Shown: piece after piece, positions 29,524 to 40,229 of the stretch
Position numbering within the stretch: position 1 is the first letter of the stretch
Layout of the letters: each line of letters opens with the position of its first letter
Origin: a virus
DNA length: 64,000 nt
Strand: one strand, 5' to 3'
Virus record (IMG/VR): IMGVR_UViG_3300030117_007501
Location: 32,001 to 96,000 of that record
Made by a program: the position numbers and the translations under genes
Notes under the pieces: generated by a model
Told to the model about the DNA's origin: nothing
The model's database searches: none
The model's input: the letters and a program-made list of their open reading frames with translations, nothing else

Positions 29524-30352
29524 TTTTAAAAACAAGTGGAACAAATATCTCACCGAACAAGAGTTCGATGCTTCAAAATTGACTATCAAGGATAAACTTA
29601 ATTCAAAATTTTGGAACAGAGGTAGGCTTGAGCCCGAAGTAAGAGGCAGATTGGCTGAAATAGCAGAAGAATTTTACTCTTCCGTGCAGGAATCTGCTCC
29701 GAGTGCTCCAAATTTCGAAGATATAACGTTCACAGGCTCTCTCGCCAGCTACAATTATCACGGCGCTAGCGATATAGACTTGCATTTGTTGGTAGACTTT
29801 AGCGAAATAGGAGAAACTGAAGAAATTTTATCGGAATTTTTCGCCCTTAAGAGAATACAATGGAACAATAGCCACAATATTCGAATATTTGGACACGAAG
29901 TTGAGATTTATATACAAGATATAAACGAAGAGCACTTTTCAAACGGGGTTTATTCAGTCCTTCTCGGCGAGTGGCTTGAGATGCCAGTCAGAGAAGAGAT
30001 AGATATTGATTTCGAAACTACAAAAAAGAAGTACGAAGCATTATCTCTTGAAATTTCTCAACTTTCGAAACTTTTCCAAAAGAAAGAGTACAAAAAAGTC
30101 TATGATCATGCCTCTAAACTAAAGGAAAAGATTAAAAACATGCGCGTAGCAGGATTAGAGGATGAAGGTGTCTATTCTGCGGAGAATTTGGCGTTTAAAA
30201 TGTTAAGAAACAATGATGAAATCAAAGATTTGATGTCTTTGAGGACAACCTCATATGATATGATGATGTCAATGAGTAAAGAAGAGACAAAAAAAATAAA
30301 CATATCTGAAAATTGGAAACTATTTCGTAAAGGAGGCTTGGTAAATGGATGA
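29516..30352 (+). CDS. Pol-beta-superfamily nucleotidyltransferase with class-B leader
   Basis: TGSLASYNY...SDIDLH and EVEIY motifs. Confidence 0.75.
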   Translation: MTDFKNKWNKYLTEQEFDASKLTIKDKLNSKFWNRGRLEPEVRGRLAEIAEEFYSSVQESAPSAPNFEDITFTGSLASYNYHGASDIDLHLLVDFSEIGETEEILSEFFALKRIQWNNSHNIRIFGHEVEIYIQDINEEHFSNGVYSVLLGEWLEMPVREEIDIDFETTKKKYEALSLEISQLSKLFQKKEYKKVYDHASKLKEKIKNMRVAGLEDEGVYSAENLAFKMLRNNDEIKDLMSLRTTSYDMMMSMSKEETKKINISENWKLFRKGGLVNG

Positions 30353-30680
30353 TTCAATGAAAAAATGGAAAAATTTTCTTTTAAAAGAGGAAAATGAGTT
30401 GGATGTAGTCGACAAAAGCCCCGTAGTAGATGCGAGAAGAGGAGATTCGGAAATTCTTGGCGAATATTTGCAAGAAATTCAAAACATGGCAATGAGAATT
30501 TTAGAAATGGAGAAAGAAATTAAAGAAAAAGAGCTTTCTTATTATCCTGGGTATGAATTTCGAAATGCCGCAAAGCAACTAGCTGACGCTGACGAGTTTG
30601 GTAGCCTCGCCAACAGACTCAGTAGGTGGATATCCAACGAAACTAGGATGAAAACCCTCCGTCACGAACTCGAAAAGTAA
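30345..30680 (+). CDS. Class-B leader hypothetical
   Basis: MKKWKNFLLKEE. Confidence 0.6.
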   Translation: MDDSMKKWKNFLLKEENELDVVDKSPVVDARRGDSEILGEYLQEIQNMAMRILEMEKEIKEKELSYYPGYEFRNAAKQLADADEFGSLANRLSRWISNETRMKTLRHELEK

Positions 30681-30682
30681 AA

Positions 30683-31024
30683 ATGACTAAATATAAGGCA
30701 AAACTAATCCGGATTGTCGACGGAGACACCATCGATGCAGAAATCGATGTAGGTTTTGACGTATTTGTTAGAAAAAGGATTCGTTTATGGGGAATTAACG
30801 CCCCTGAGACGCGTTCTACGGATAAAGATGAGGTTAAGGCTGGGGAGATGACTTTACGTCGCCTGAGCGAGATTCTAGCCCTCTCAAATGGCGAATTTGA
30901 GCTGATAACTCATGGTGATGGCAAGTTCGGCAGGTGTTTGGGGGAAATATTCGTAAAAGATCATAAGGAAAGCGTGAATCAGGTACTAATTAATGAAGGA
31001 TTCGCTACGGAGTACGAAAAATGA
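30683..31024 (+). CDS. Thermonuclease (SNase-like)
   Basis: RIVDGDTI, RIRLWGINAPE, GKFGRCLG, NQVLINEGFA. Confidence 0.9.
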   Translation: MTKYKAKLIRIVDGDTIDAEIDVGFDVFVRKRIRLWGINAPETRSTDKDEVKAGEMTLRRLSEILALSNGEFELITHGDGKFGRCLGEIFVKDHKESVNQVLINEGFATEYEK

Positions 31025-31329
31025 AAAAGCTTTTTGAAAATTGGTATGGGTACCTCGAAGATCACCCGGATGCACCAACACCAGGGGAGATTGCAGATGA
31101 AAAAAGATATAACGAGAGGATTGGAAAGCTACAAGACATGGTTATGCAAATCGCGCCCGATATTGTTGCCCGTTTAATAGGGCTTAAGAGCCCCGGACAG
31201 TTTATAGACTCTGAAGATTTCGCCGCTGACGTTGCCTTTCAAGCGGAAGGTAACAACCTTGACGAATTGTGCGAATGGCTACTAGAAGAATTTAACGTCG
31301 ATATATCAGATGTAGACGAAGAGGGGTAG
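31021..31329 (+). CDS. Class-B leader hypothetical
   Basis: MKKLFENWYGYLE. Confidence 0.65.
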   Translation: MKKLFENWYGYLEDHPDAPTPGEIADEKRYNERIGKLQDMVMQIAPDIVARLIGLKSPGQFIDSEDFAADVAFQAEGNNLDELCEWLLEEFNVDISDVDEEG

Positions 31330-31333
31330 TCGC

Positions 31334-33796
31334 GTGCCAAATTCGTTTCATAAAATTTGGAAACAGTTCCGAACAGATCCAGCACTACTCCTAGAAGCAA
31401 GAATAAAGGACATAAAAGCAAAATACCCCGATTTAGATCTATCTGGTTTCATAAATTACGGCCGCGATCAAATACAGAGCGAACTTGGGCCCAAGGGAGT
31501 TTCGAAATATCTCTTATGGTTTGCCCGTGAAATGCACAATAATTTTAAAGACGACATAGAGGAAGATCAATATTGGCACTCGAATGCTCGTTTCGACGAA
31601 GACGTTTTCGCTGTCGCGCGAGAAATACTAAGCACTATTGAATTGTTTCATATTAGACATCAAAGGTTAGAAGATAAAGATATTTACAACTATAACTCGG
31701 CAGAAATTCTTTCTATGCTCGAAAAAATGGGCCCGTCTGAGAGAGAGAAGAGACAGCGCAAGAAAGAAGAAGCGATGGAAGGATCTGAAGTCGTGTATGA
31801 TGATAATAATATATTTGCAATTCGCCCATATACAAAAGAGGCTTCTTGCTTTTATGGCAAAAACACCAGATGGTGCATATCCGCTACTGAATCTCGAAAC
31901 TATTTTCAACAATACACTTCAGAATATCAAGCATTTGTGATGGCGAGATTTGATAATATCCCTACTACCAACGAGCTTCACAAGCTTGCTCTTGTTTATA
32001 GTCGCGATGGTGATTTACAGCAGGTGTTCGACGCACCAGACGATGAAGTAGGCGAGAGAGCTATCTATAAAGCAGTGACAATAAATACTTTCGGGAATGA
32101 CAAGGATTACGATATATTAGGTGAAGAAGAGAAGGAAAAAATAGATGAAATAGCTGCAGATATTGTCCACAGTGGATATATAAACGTCCTAGACAATCCT
32201 CCGGATCCTACAGGAAGCTGGGAAGAGGAAATCACAAACCTAGAGGCGGAATACCAAGAAAAAATCAAGCATGCATACTACAGCGCTGAAGTTGAAGACT
32301 ACGGTGAAGGCAATTATGTATCGTTTAGTGGGGGATTTACAGTAGAGATTGATGAAGGGAAGTTCAAAGGAGGAGAGTACGAGTTTCCTGACAATTATCG
32401 GGATTTGACTGAAGTCACGCGTGATATATCTAGCAGACTTGAAAGGGCTCAAATATATCATGAAGATGTAGAAATCTCAGACTACGATGGAAAAGTAATA
32501 TTTGAAATTAGAGCAAGTACTGATGGTTTTGAGCTGGATCCACAAGGGTATGACTCTTTTCTATATCAACTTTCCGGTTACGACAAGAATTATGGCACGA
32601 TACAACGAATCATAAACAAGTATTTGGCGCAAAAAGGATATATCGCAAAAGCAGCGTTCGACACATTTCAAGCAACGCTTGAAGAGTTACAAAAGAAGCT
32701 TAAGAACTTTAAAATCACCGATTATAGTGAATATGCTGGTGAAGAGGAGATAATATTTGCTAGCAAGGAAAATCTAATAATAACAGATTTTAGCCCGTTC
32801 TTAGTTAAACAAATATCTGAATATGTTGGTGGCAAATATGTCAGCGAAGAAGTTAATCAGAGAATGTTTGAAAAATTAAAAGAACTCAACCAAGCGATAC
32901 AAACTTATCTCTCACAACAGCTCGAATTACCTCTGCAGGGAGCCGATCCTCGCGTTGTCAGAAAACTAGCTATACCAGAGACATTGCGAGTTGTCCTTTA
33001 CGACAGCCTCAATCTAAATGATGAAAACTCCACCTTTGCCAAAATCTCCGTAAGGATAGATAACCCAGAGGCTAGCCAGGAAGAGATAGATATGGTTGTC
33101 GATGTTGTTCAATTTCTGGATGAGAATTACGAAAGAGTTGTTGGTGCTGCCATTGAATCTGCACAAGAGTTGGCAGCTGAAGTCTGGAGTGCTCAGAAAG
33201 AGTTTATGGATAACTTGCCCCCTGTTGCAAAAGAGGTGCTTGAACTGGGCAAAAACTCAACCGATCATGATGCAAAAAGAAGGATGGATAGAGTCAAAGA
33301 CATATCGATAGGGGCGTGGAGAAACGAAAGAGACGAAATATCTACAATGTCAATACTAGTAACTCAGGTGCTATCACCTCTTTTTAGAATACTCAAGTTT
33401 AACGGAGACGTAGGCCATGAAGTTCAAAACCCATTCACCACAGCAGAGATAGATGATTTGATGCGCCTAACAATGGAGTCCAATGATATGAACAGCAACC
33501 TTAACAGAAGAATTAAAGAAATTTATATAAAACGAAGTTGTACGAAGAAAACAACTGGGGAGAAAGGCGACTGTGCCGTACTTAGCCCCTCCACGAAGAA
33601 GCAAACTGCTTGCTATGATGATTGCGATACTGCGAGGGCTGCAAAACACATGAATGAAGAAGCAGAAGAGTTTTTCTCAAAAATCAAAAAAGAATCAGAA
33701 CTAGATGATAAAGACAACATAATAAAAAACAGAAAGTATGATATCATAGATATTATGGATCCAGACTTTAATCTGTGGGAGGTAAATGATGAATAG
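31334..33796 (+). CDS. Large acidic protein with PcfJ-like segment
   Basis: IRPYTKEASCFYGKNTRWCIS motif; N-terminus WKQF...LLLE. Confidence 0.7.
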   Translation: MPNSFHKIWKQFRTDPALLLEARIKDIKAKYPDLDLSGFINYGRDQIQSELGPKGVSKYLLWFAREMHNNFKDDIEEDQYWHSNARFDEDVFAVAREILSTIELFHIRHQRLEDKDIYNYNSAEILSMLEKMGPSEREKRQRKKEEAMEGSEVVYDDNNIFAIRPYTKEASCFYGKNTRWCISATESRNYFQQYTSEYQAFVMARFDNIPTTNELHKLALVYSRDGDLQQVFDAPDDEVGERAIYKAVTINTFGNDKDYDILGEEEKEKIDEIAADIVHSGYINVLDNPPDPTGSWEEEITNLEAEYQEKIKHAYYSAEVEDYGEGNYVSFSGGFTVEIDEGKFKGGEYEFPDNYRDLTEVTRDISSRLERAQIYHEDVEISDYDGKVIFEIRASTDGFELDPQGYDSFLYQLSGYDKNYGTIQRIINKYLAQKGYIAKAAFDTFQATLEELQKKLKNFKITDYSEYAGEEEIIFASKENLIITDFSPFLVKQISEYVGGKYVSEEVNQRMFEKLKELNQAIQTYLSQQLELPLQGADPRVVRKLAIPETLRVVLYDSLNLNDENSTFAKISVRIDNPEASQEEIDMVVDVVQFLDENYERVVGAAIESAQELAAEVWSAQKEFMDNLPPVAKEVLELGKNSTDHDAKRRMDRVKDISIGAWRNERDEISTMSILVTQVLSPLFRILKFNGDVGHEVQNPFTTAEIDDLMRLTMESNDMNSNLNRRIKEIYIKRSCTKKTTGEKGDCAVLSPSTKKQTACYDDCDTARAAKHMNEEAEEFFSKIKKESELDDKDNIIKNRKYDIIDIMDPDFNLWEVNDE

Positions 33797-34240
33797 TGAT
33801 TCTCTACTATATCTTATAACTGGTTTTACCCTTGTTAACTCTTTTCTATGTTTGCTGTTACCTTTCCTCTTGTCCAAGCAATTATTGCAACTAAGAGAGG
33901 ATATAGAGATGACAGCTCGAAACCCAATGGCAGCTAAAAAAGAATTCATTAAAAGAAAAAGAGAAGGAAAGTGAAAAAAAAGAAAAGAATCGTTTTCCCC
34001 GATCTTTTCTTACAAATTGTCAACTCCTTCACAAAAGAGCCGCGAAGCGATATACCCGACAACACTAGAGATGAAACAGACACACTCTTGTCTCTCTTGG
34101 GTGTGGAACCCACATTAGCGCTAGACTATCTAAACTGTTGGCTTATATTAAAAAAAATATCCCCGCTACCCGAAGATGTCTTAAAGACTTTTGAACAATC
34201 TGTTACTATACTGTTGTCTTCTAAAAATAAAAAGGACTAA
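33786..34240 (+). CDS. Hypotheticals 33786-33974 (TM) and 33971-34240
   Basis: Overlapping start/stop codons. Confidence 0.55.
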
Positions 34241-34242
34241 TC

Positions 34243-35241
34243 ATGATAGCAGATGTAATTGTTGACTTGCAGTACGGTGACTGTGGCAAAGGTAAGGTTG
34301 CGCACCACCTAGCTAGAACTGGTGAGTATACTCACGTAATAAGATATAATGGTGGATGTAACGCTGGGCACACGATTTATCACGAAGGGAAGAAGTTTGT
34401 AACACACCATATACCGTGCGGAGTGTTCTTTGGTATCAGATCTATTATCGGGCCCGGGTGTGTGATTAACGTAAAGAAGTTTTTTGATGAGATTGATGAA
34501 TTGGAGTCTCACGGAATTAATGCACGTGGGCTAATAGGGGTGGCATCAAATGCTCATATCATCACTGACTTTCACATGGCTCAAGATGGGCAAGACGAAA
34601 TCATAGGTACGACAAAGAGGGGCAATGGACCGGCATATAGAGATAAGTACGCAAGAAGAGGAGTTCGAGCAATTGAGATACCTGAACTTGAGCCCTTCAT
34701 TGTCGACATGTATACGGAATTGCACGATAGTCCATTCTATGAAGAGAGTGTAATACTTTTTGAAGGAGCACAAGGGTTTGGGCTGGATATTGATTGGGGT
34801 GATTACCCCTACGTAACTTCTAGTCATTGCACGGTTGGTGGTGCTATATTAAATGGAGTACCAGCTAGAAGTATTCGTGATGTCTGGGGTGTAGCTAAAA
34901 TTTATGAAACCTATGTCGGAAATAAATTGTTTGAAGGCGTCGATCCAATCTTTGCAAAGATTAGAGAAGCAGGTGAAGAATTTGGCGCAACAACGGGACG
35001 CCCAAGACAAGTAAATTGGATGGATTTTGATAACATGATTAAAGCTATTGATATCAATGGTGTTAACAAGCTAGTGATAAACAAGGTAGATGTACTAGAA
35101 GAGGTAGGCAGGTGGTGTGTTTATTCTGGAATTAACCAATTCGAATTCGACAAATCTGCAGACATGCAATTCTGGATAGAGGAAAATCTTAAAGATAAAG
35201 ATGTGGAAATAATGTTTTCTTCTTGCAAAGATGCTATATAG
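34243..35241 (+). CDS. purA: Adenylosuccinate synthetase (short form)
   Basis: QYGDCGKGK, GGCNAGHT, GTTKRGNGP, EGAQG, YPYVTSS, EFGATTGRPR, NKVD. Confidence 0.92.
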   Translation: MIADVIVDLQYGDCGKGKVAHHLARTGEYTHVIRYNGGCNAGHTIYHEGKKFVTHHIPCGVFFGIRSIIGPGCVINVKKFFDEIDELESHGINARGLIGVASNAHIITDFHMAQDGQDEIIGTTKRGNGPAYRDKYARRGVRAIEIPELEPFIVDMYTELHDSPFYEESVILFEGAQGFGLDIDWGDYPYVTSSHCTVGGAILNGVPARSIRDVWGVAKIYETYVGNKLFEGVDPIFAKIREAGEEFGATTGRPRQVNWMDFDNMIKAIDINGVNKLVINKVDVLEEVGRWCVYSGINQFEFDKSADMQFWIEENLKDKDVEIMFSSCKDAI

Positions 35242-35255
35242 GGGCTATTTATAGT

Positions 35256-35846
35256 ATGTCTTTCAAACGAAAAAGAAAACCAACCTTCGAAAATACCTAT
35301 ACTAGCAACAAGTTGGATGATATTAACGAACAATTTGCAAAAACTACCGCAATTGCCGGAAACACTACAATAACCATAGGTTCATCAGCCAGTACTGATA
35401 TTGGAATGAGCGGAGTTAATTTGCAAGATGAACAATTCAGCGTTAGCGATGGTACCGTATCTGTGACATATACATACTTGCAGGCATGCAACTCAGACAA
35501 TTCAGATTGTCCGTCAGCTACACAACTCAAGACAGGATCTGGTAGGACAGCAGCGCAGGCTGCAGCTGAAATAGCTACAAAAATCAATGCTAGCTCTCTA
35601 AGCATAACAGCTAGCGCTTCTTTGAACGTTGTAACTCTCACACCTGCCACTGGCGTTACAATAACCGTTACAGAATTAAATGATGGACAACTAGGCGGAA
35701 ACGCCAGTGACTGGGTTGCCGCTACTGCAGCTGATAGCACAACCACAACTACATCAAAAGCTGTTCCATTTGTGTATGGAGTTTGTGGCGCCTTCAATAT
35801 AAGAAAACGTTCTACTGCAATACCCTATAAAACCACTTTAAAGTGA
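35256..35846 (+). CDS. T/S/A-rich putative virion structural protein
   Basis: Beta-strand-like composition; AAEIATKIN...VVTLT; late motif GCTATTTA upstream. Confidence 0.55.
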   Translation: MSFKRKRKPTFENTYTSNKLDDINEQFAKTTAIAGNTTITIGSSASTDIGMSGVNLQDEQFSVSDGTVSVTYTYLQACNSDNSDCPSATQLKTGSGRTAAQAAAEIATKINASSLSITASASLNVVTLTPATGVTITVTELNDGQLGGNASDWVAATAADSTTTTTSKAVPFVYGVCGAFNIRKRSTAIPYKTTLK

Positions 35847-35903
35847 CATAAACGATCAAAACCTCTAATTACTAAGTATTATTGTTATTTGAGGCGCCAT
35901 ATT

Positions 35904-36800
35904 ATGATAGATGATATAAAACCGCTAGCTGAAGAATTCATGTCTTACTGTCAAAAGAAGCATGGGTTTGAAAAACCTCCTGTAATGAATTTTATAGAAG
36001 ACGAAGAGAATGCCATGGATCCCATGGGTAAGACTGCATATTACGATCCTCAAAAACAAGAAATAACTCTGTACATAACCAATCGCCACCCGAAAGATAT
36101 ACTTCGCTCTTTGGCACACGAACTCACTCACCACCTACAAAACCTTAGAGGGGAGTTTGATAATATTGGTGAACTAGGAGAGGATTACGCCCAGACAGAT
36201 GATCATATGAGAAAAATGGAATTTGAAGCATATGCCTCTGGATTGGACGTACGAGATTTTGAAAATGATAGAAAAAAAGCTTTACAAAAGGAGTCAAGTA
36301 ACATGAGCACCAGTATTAAATCATTGCTGAGAAAAATTATTAAAGAAGTTTTAGACGAAAACAAGGTTGAAGAGGGATTCAAGAGTCTCGATGATCTTCC
36401 TCGCGCGCCCGAGGAGGCAACAGACATGTTTGGACGCAAGGAGGAAGAAGACGAGGAGTACGTAAAGAATCCTAAAGATCCTCGTACACACTTAAACAGG
36501 TACGGAGATCCTATCTGGCCGGACGGTTCGCCTAGGCTACATTCAAAATCTTGGCGCCCCGACGAAGAAGAATTAACAGAAGAAGAAGAGGCTTTGTTAG
36601 ATTCTGTTCTTAATGAGACTGAAGAAGAAACACTTGAAGAAAATGAAGAAGAAACTCTCGAAGAGGAAGCTTCGACAGATACAGAAGAGACAACAAAGGT
36701 TCAGACACCAGAACAAGAAAACGCCATTTACGAAAGCAGGTTCACAAGCAGAGACAACAAACTTTTTGAAAGACTGCTTAACAAGTGGGCAAAAAAGTAG
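35904..36800 (+). CDS. Zincin-motif protein with acidic C-terminus
   Basis: TAYYDP...RHPKDILRSLAHELTHH...MEFEAY; internal IKSLLRKIIKE at 36303. Confidence 0.7.
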   Translation: MIDDIKPLAEEFMSYCQKKHGFEKPPVMNFIEDEENAMDPMGKTAYYDPQKQEITLYITNRHPKDILRSLAHELTHHLQNLRGEFDNIGELGEDYAQTDDHMRKMEFEAYASGLDVRDFENDRKKALQKESSNMSTSIKSLLRKIIKEVLDENKVEEGFKSLDDLPRAPEEATDMFGRKEEEDEEYVKNPKDPRTHLNRYGDPIWPDGSPRLHSKSWRPDEEELTEEEEALLDSVLNETEEETLEENEEETLEEEASTDTEETTKVQTPEQENAIYESRFTSRDNKLFERLLNKWAKK

Positions 36801-36815
36801 TAGGATAATCATATT

Positions 36816-39188
36816 ATGTCTAACAAGCAACTTCTAACAGAGGGTGGTGCTGCAGGACACATGTCCCACCCCTATGAAAACGTAGGTTTGACGTTCGCGA
36901 AACTTAAGGAGATGTTTAAAATAGCATCACAGGGGTTTCCCGGACTCAAGGTTACTGAAAAGCTTGATGGGCAAAACATTTTTATTTCCTACAACCCTGT
37001 TAGGCAGGAGGCTCTGGCAATAAGGAACAAATCTCATGCCCAAGCCGGTGGCATAAATAAGAAAACATTAATAGCTGCCCTCACAACTGACAGGCCTGTC
37101 GACAAAAGAGTTCCCCAAAGTGTTGTTGAGGCTTATGTTGACGCTCTCACTAATTTCGAAACTGTCGCAAACCTTGTTCCTGGCGAGTATTTTGTTCGGG
37201 AAGACGGAGGACTAATCTTTTACAATGCAGAAGTTATGGATCCTAGAAGCCCAAATGTAGTCGATTATGATGCTCAGACTCTTGCAGTTCATAGAGTTGG
37301 ACACGTAGTTGTGATAGACGGCGTGTCTCATAAACTAGAATCAGAAGAGGCGGAAAGACACGCGATACAGCTAGAAGAAATATTAGACAACATGGCTGAT
37401 GACTCTAGTATGCCTTCTGTCAAAGTAAATGCCATTAATGATTTTAAAGACTTTGTAGAAAAGAAGGATGCATATAAAAGAGCTATATCCAATGTCGATA
37501 GTATAATACGCGACGTTGGAATATCTCATGGACAGACTCTCGGCGATTATCTTAAAACAAGAGTTTTTATTATATTAAGTAGAAAGTTGGCAAACATGAA
37601 CTTCAGTCAAGAGGCTGTCGACGCCATGGCTGAAGCTGTTGTTTTTTATGGTAGTGAAAAGAAGATGCCTAGAGTGAAGACTGAAATCGCAATTGCGCTG
37701 TCTGAAATTCCAGAACATCTAACTCAGGAGAGGGAAGTATGTGTTAATATATTGAGAGACAGGGTGGCTCTCAAGGAATTATCAGACGCAGCTTCACAGC
37801 CGTTAATTAATGTAGTGCATAAATTTGCAGTTGAAATACTTGAGAATTTTACAAGCGCTTACATCATGCAAGCTGACGTTACAGTCGGAAAGCTCCGAAA
37901 GAAAATAGGACAGAAAATGAAGGATATCAGAGCATCTGCTGATCCTGATGATCTTCAAAAACTTCAAATAGGGCTGCAAAAGATACTAGGTGGTGAAGTA
38001 TCGGCAGAAGAGGTTCTCAGCGATGCTTCAATTGCTGCAGCACTAGAAAAAATAACGACAGCTGTAGAGGGGATTGTTTTCGAATTCGAAGGTAAGACAT
38101 ATAAGTTTACAGGCAACTTCGCACCGATAAACCAAATAATGGGATTGGGAAGGTACAGTAGAGGATCAAAGAAAGAAGTTTCAGAAGACATTCTAGGTGA
38201 AGATCCGACTCCAGAAATAGAAGAAGAGTCTCCTGAAGTTTCTAGAAAAATAGCAGTTTTTCCTGGAAAATTTAAACCTCCTCATCGCGGACATCTTCAT
38301 TTAGTGAAGGAGACTCTAGCAAAGGGAGCAGACAAAGTAGTTATATTTGTTTCTCCTCTTTCAAAGGGAGATATATCAGCTGAAGAATCTATATCAGTTT
38401 GGAATCTTTATCTTCGCTCATCAGCGATAGATCCTAACAGGGTTGTGGTAATGAGATCTCCATATAACTCCCCAGTAATGGCAGCGTATTCAATAATGGA
38501 TGAGGCAATTCCTGGCTTACGCAATCAAGGTATACCTCAACCAGGGGACATGATAATACCAGTCGCTAGCACCAAGCCAGACGAGCGAGGAATTTCTGAT
38601 ATTCAAAGATTTGCTAAATTTTCTCAATACAGTCCAAAACTAGAAGGTGTGGTGCCAGCTGATGTGCGGGATTGGGCGGTAGATCCAGAACTGGATTCGC
38701 AGGGAACTTATAATGCTAGTGATTTTCGAGCCGCGCTAGATAGCGCACAAGATATATCTAGGTTTATACCTGATGGTGTTTCGCAAGATGAGGTTCGGCA
38801 GCTGTTGAACTTTTTCTCCAGCGAAGAGGAATCTCCGTCAAACATTAACGAAACTTTATTTTCAATGATAGAAAAGATACTAGTTTCAGAAGGTGATTGG
38901 CAACCGGTTGCGAAAAAGAGATTGAGAAAGGGTATGAAAAGAATTTTTGGTGGAAAAAAAGATATCATCAAACATGGAAAACCATTCACCATCGATCCAA
39001 ACATAGGATCATCAAATGCGTTTTTGGCAAAAGAGTCGGACTGCGCCGATGAAGAGACTGAAGAGCTTGAAGAGATATCTGCAATGGGCGGCGCCGGTGG
39101 CGGCGCAGTGCAAGGATATTCTGCTCCTATCGGCAAAAAAGAAGACGAAGAAGAATTAGACGAAAACCAAGAAGAAGAAACTAATTAA
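36816..39188 (+). CDS. Fusion of an ATP-dependent-ligase-like (KxDG) domain and an HxGH cytidylyltransferase-like domain
   Basis: VTEKLDG, EGIVF, YKFTG (ligase motifs I/IV/V-like); FPGKFKPPHRGH; ASDFR. Confidence 0.7.
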   Translation: MSNKQLLTEGGAAGHMSHPYENVGLTFAKLKEMFKIASQGFPGLKVTEKLDGQNIFISYNPVRQEALAIRNKSHAQAGGINKKTLIAALTTDRPVDKRVPQSVVEAYVDALTNFETVANLVPGEYFVREDGGLIFYNAEVMDPRSPNVVDYDAQTLAVHRVGHVVVIDGVSHKLESEEAERHAIQLEEILDNMADDSSMPSVKVNAINDFKDFVEKKDAYKRAISNVDSIIRDVGISHGQTLGDYLKTRVFIILSRKLANMNFSQEAVDAMAEAVVFYGSEKKMPRVKTEIAIALSEIPEHLTQEREVCVNILRDRVALKELSDAASQPLINVVHKFAVEILENFTSAYIMQADVTVGKLRKKIGQKMKDIRASADPDDLQKLQIGLQKILGGEVSAEEVLSDASIAAALEKITTAVEGIVFEFEGKTYKFTGNFAPINQIMGLGRYSRGSKKEVSEDILGEDPTPEIEEESPEVSRKIAVFPGKFKPPHRGHLHLVKETLAKGADKVVIFVSPLSKGDISAEESISVWNLYLRSSAIDPNRVVVMRSPYNSPVMAAYSIMDEAIPGLRNQGIPQPGDMIIPVASTKPDERGISDIQRFAKFSQYSPKLEGVVPADVRDWAVDPELDSQGTYNASDFRAALDSAQDISRFIPDGVSQDEVRQLLNFFSSEEESPSNINETLFSMIEKILVSEGDWQPVAKKRLRKGMKRIFGGKKDIIKHGKPFTIDPNIGSSNAFLAKESDCADEETEELEEISAMGGAGGGAVQGYSAPIGKKEDEEELDENQEEETN

Positions 39189-39209
39189 AATAAATTGGGA
39201 GACTTTTAA

Positions 39210-40022
39210 ATGTTATCAAGAGAAGAAATGGCAAAAGAAATGGTTTTGAGAGAAAATATCCAAAAAGCCGTATCGATAGTTAAGAATCGACACATTCAGG
39301 CTAGAACTACAGAAATTTTGCAAGAAATCAAGCTCCGCTCCATTATACAATCTCTGATAGTTGAAGCTGCAGCTGATCCAGAAGAGGATCCTCATGAGAA
39401 CACAGGAATCAATGTATTGAGAGATATGTTGAAGAACTCCAATATATTGAAAACACTATCGCAGGCATTCAAGTCTCTAACAACCGACAAAAACCAAAGA
39501 GACTCATTTAGAGCGCACATTGTTAATGCTGTACAGAGCACTTTGGCGCCAATAATGGCAAACGATGAAGCTTCTACTGAACCTTCATCAGATTTAGAAG
39601 AAGAAATCGAAATTGACATAGAAGATGACAAGTTCATACCCACCGATGATGTCGAAGTAGAAGAAGAGCCTGAAGAGGATCCGAAAGCAGATTTTTCACT
39701 AGATGGTGAAGATGAAACCGGAAGAAACAGAGCTTTTGAAGTTTATAATAAAATAGAACAATCAATAATAGATTACTTTAGCGTACTTGGAAATGAGCAA
39801 GATAAAGAAATGTTCTATGACTATCTTATAACTAACATTAAGTTATATTTCGACAAATTTGAAGAAGAATTGTCGACAAAAATTCAAGAACCCACCAACC
39901 CAGAATACGAAGACGCTAAAGATGCCGTATCTGATGAGGCGCTAGCTGATGAAGAGCCTCCACCAGAAGAGCCAGGCGCAGAAGAAGAAGCAGACATAGA
40001 TATCGACTCCTTGCTAGCTTAA
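39210..40022 (+). CDS. Acidic hypothetical (scaffold/core-like)
   Basis: EIKLRSIIQSLIVE; very D/E-rich. Confidence 0.65.
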   Translation: MLSREEMAKEMVLRENIQKAVSIVKNRHIQARTTEILQEIKLRSIIQSLIVEAAADPEEDPHENTGINVLRDMLKNSNILKTLSQAFKSLTTDKNQRDSFRAHIVNAVQSTLAPIMANDEASTEPSSDLEEEIEIDIEDDKFIPTDDVEVEEEPEEDPKADFSLDGEDETGRNRAFEVYNKIEQSIIDYFSVLGNEQDKEMFYDYLITNIKLYFDKFEEELSTKIQEPTNPEYEDAKDAVSDEALADEEPPPEEPGAEEEADIDIDSLLA

Positions 40023-40229
40023 TTTTTTTCTTTACTTTTCCTGAAATATATGCTATAAATACTTTGTATTAACGAAGCATTTGTTGAGTTAATTAAAACA
40101 AAGAAGCTTAAAGAAATTGTATAGAAAAAAATTAATATGAAAATTAAAATATTATGATTACTGAAAAGTTAAGAAACTACCTTACGTTAAGGGTATAGCT
40201 ATGTCTTATGTTAAGACGTGTGATTGAAT

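Noticed and set aside
34243-35241. PurZ (2-aminoadenine, Z-genome pathway)
   Set aside because: The catalytic Asp is retained (GDCGKG rather than GSxGKG), and TTGRPR and NKVD are PurA-like.
40023-40223. AT-rich 200-bp gap as an origin or ncRNA
   Set aside because: Only a weak hairpin and no iterons were seen; it is compatible with a plain promoter region.
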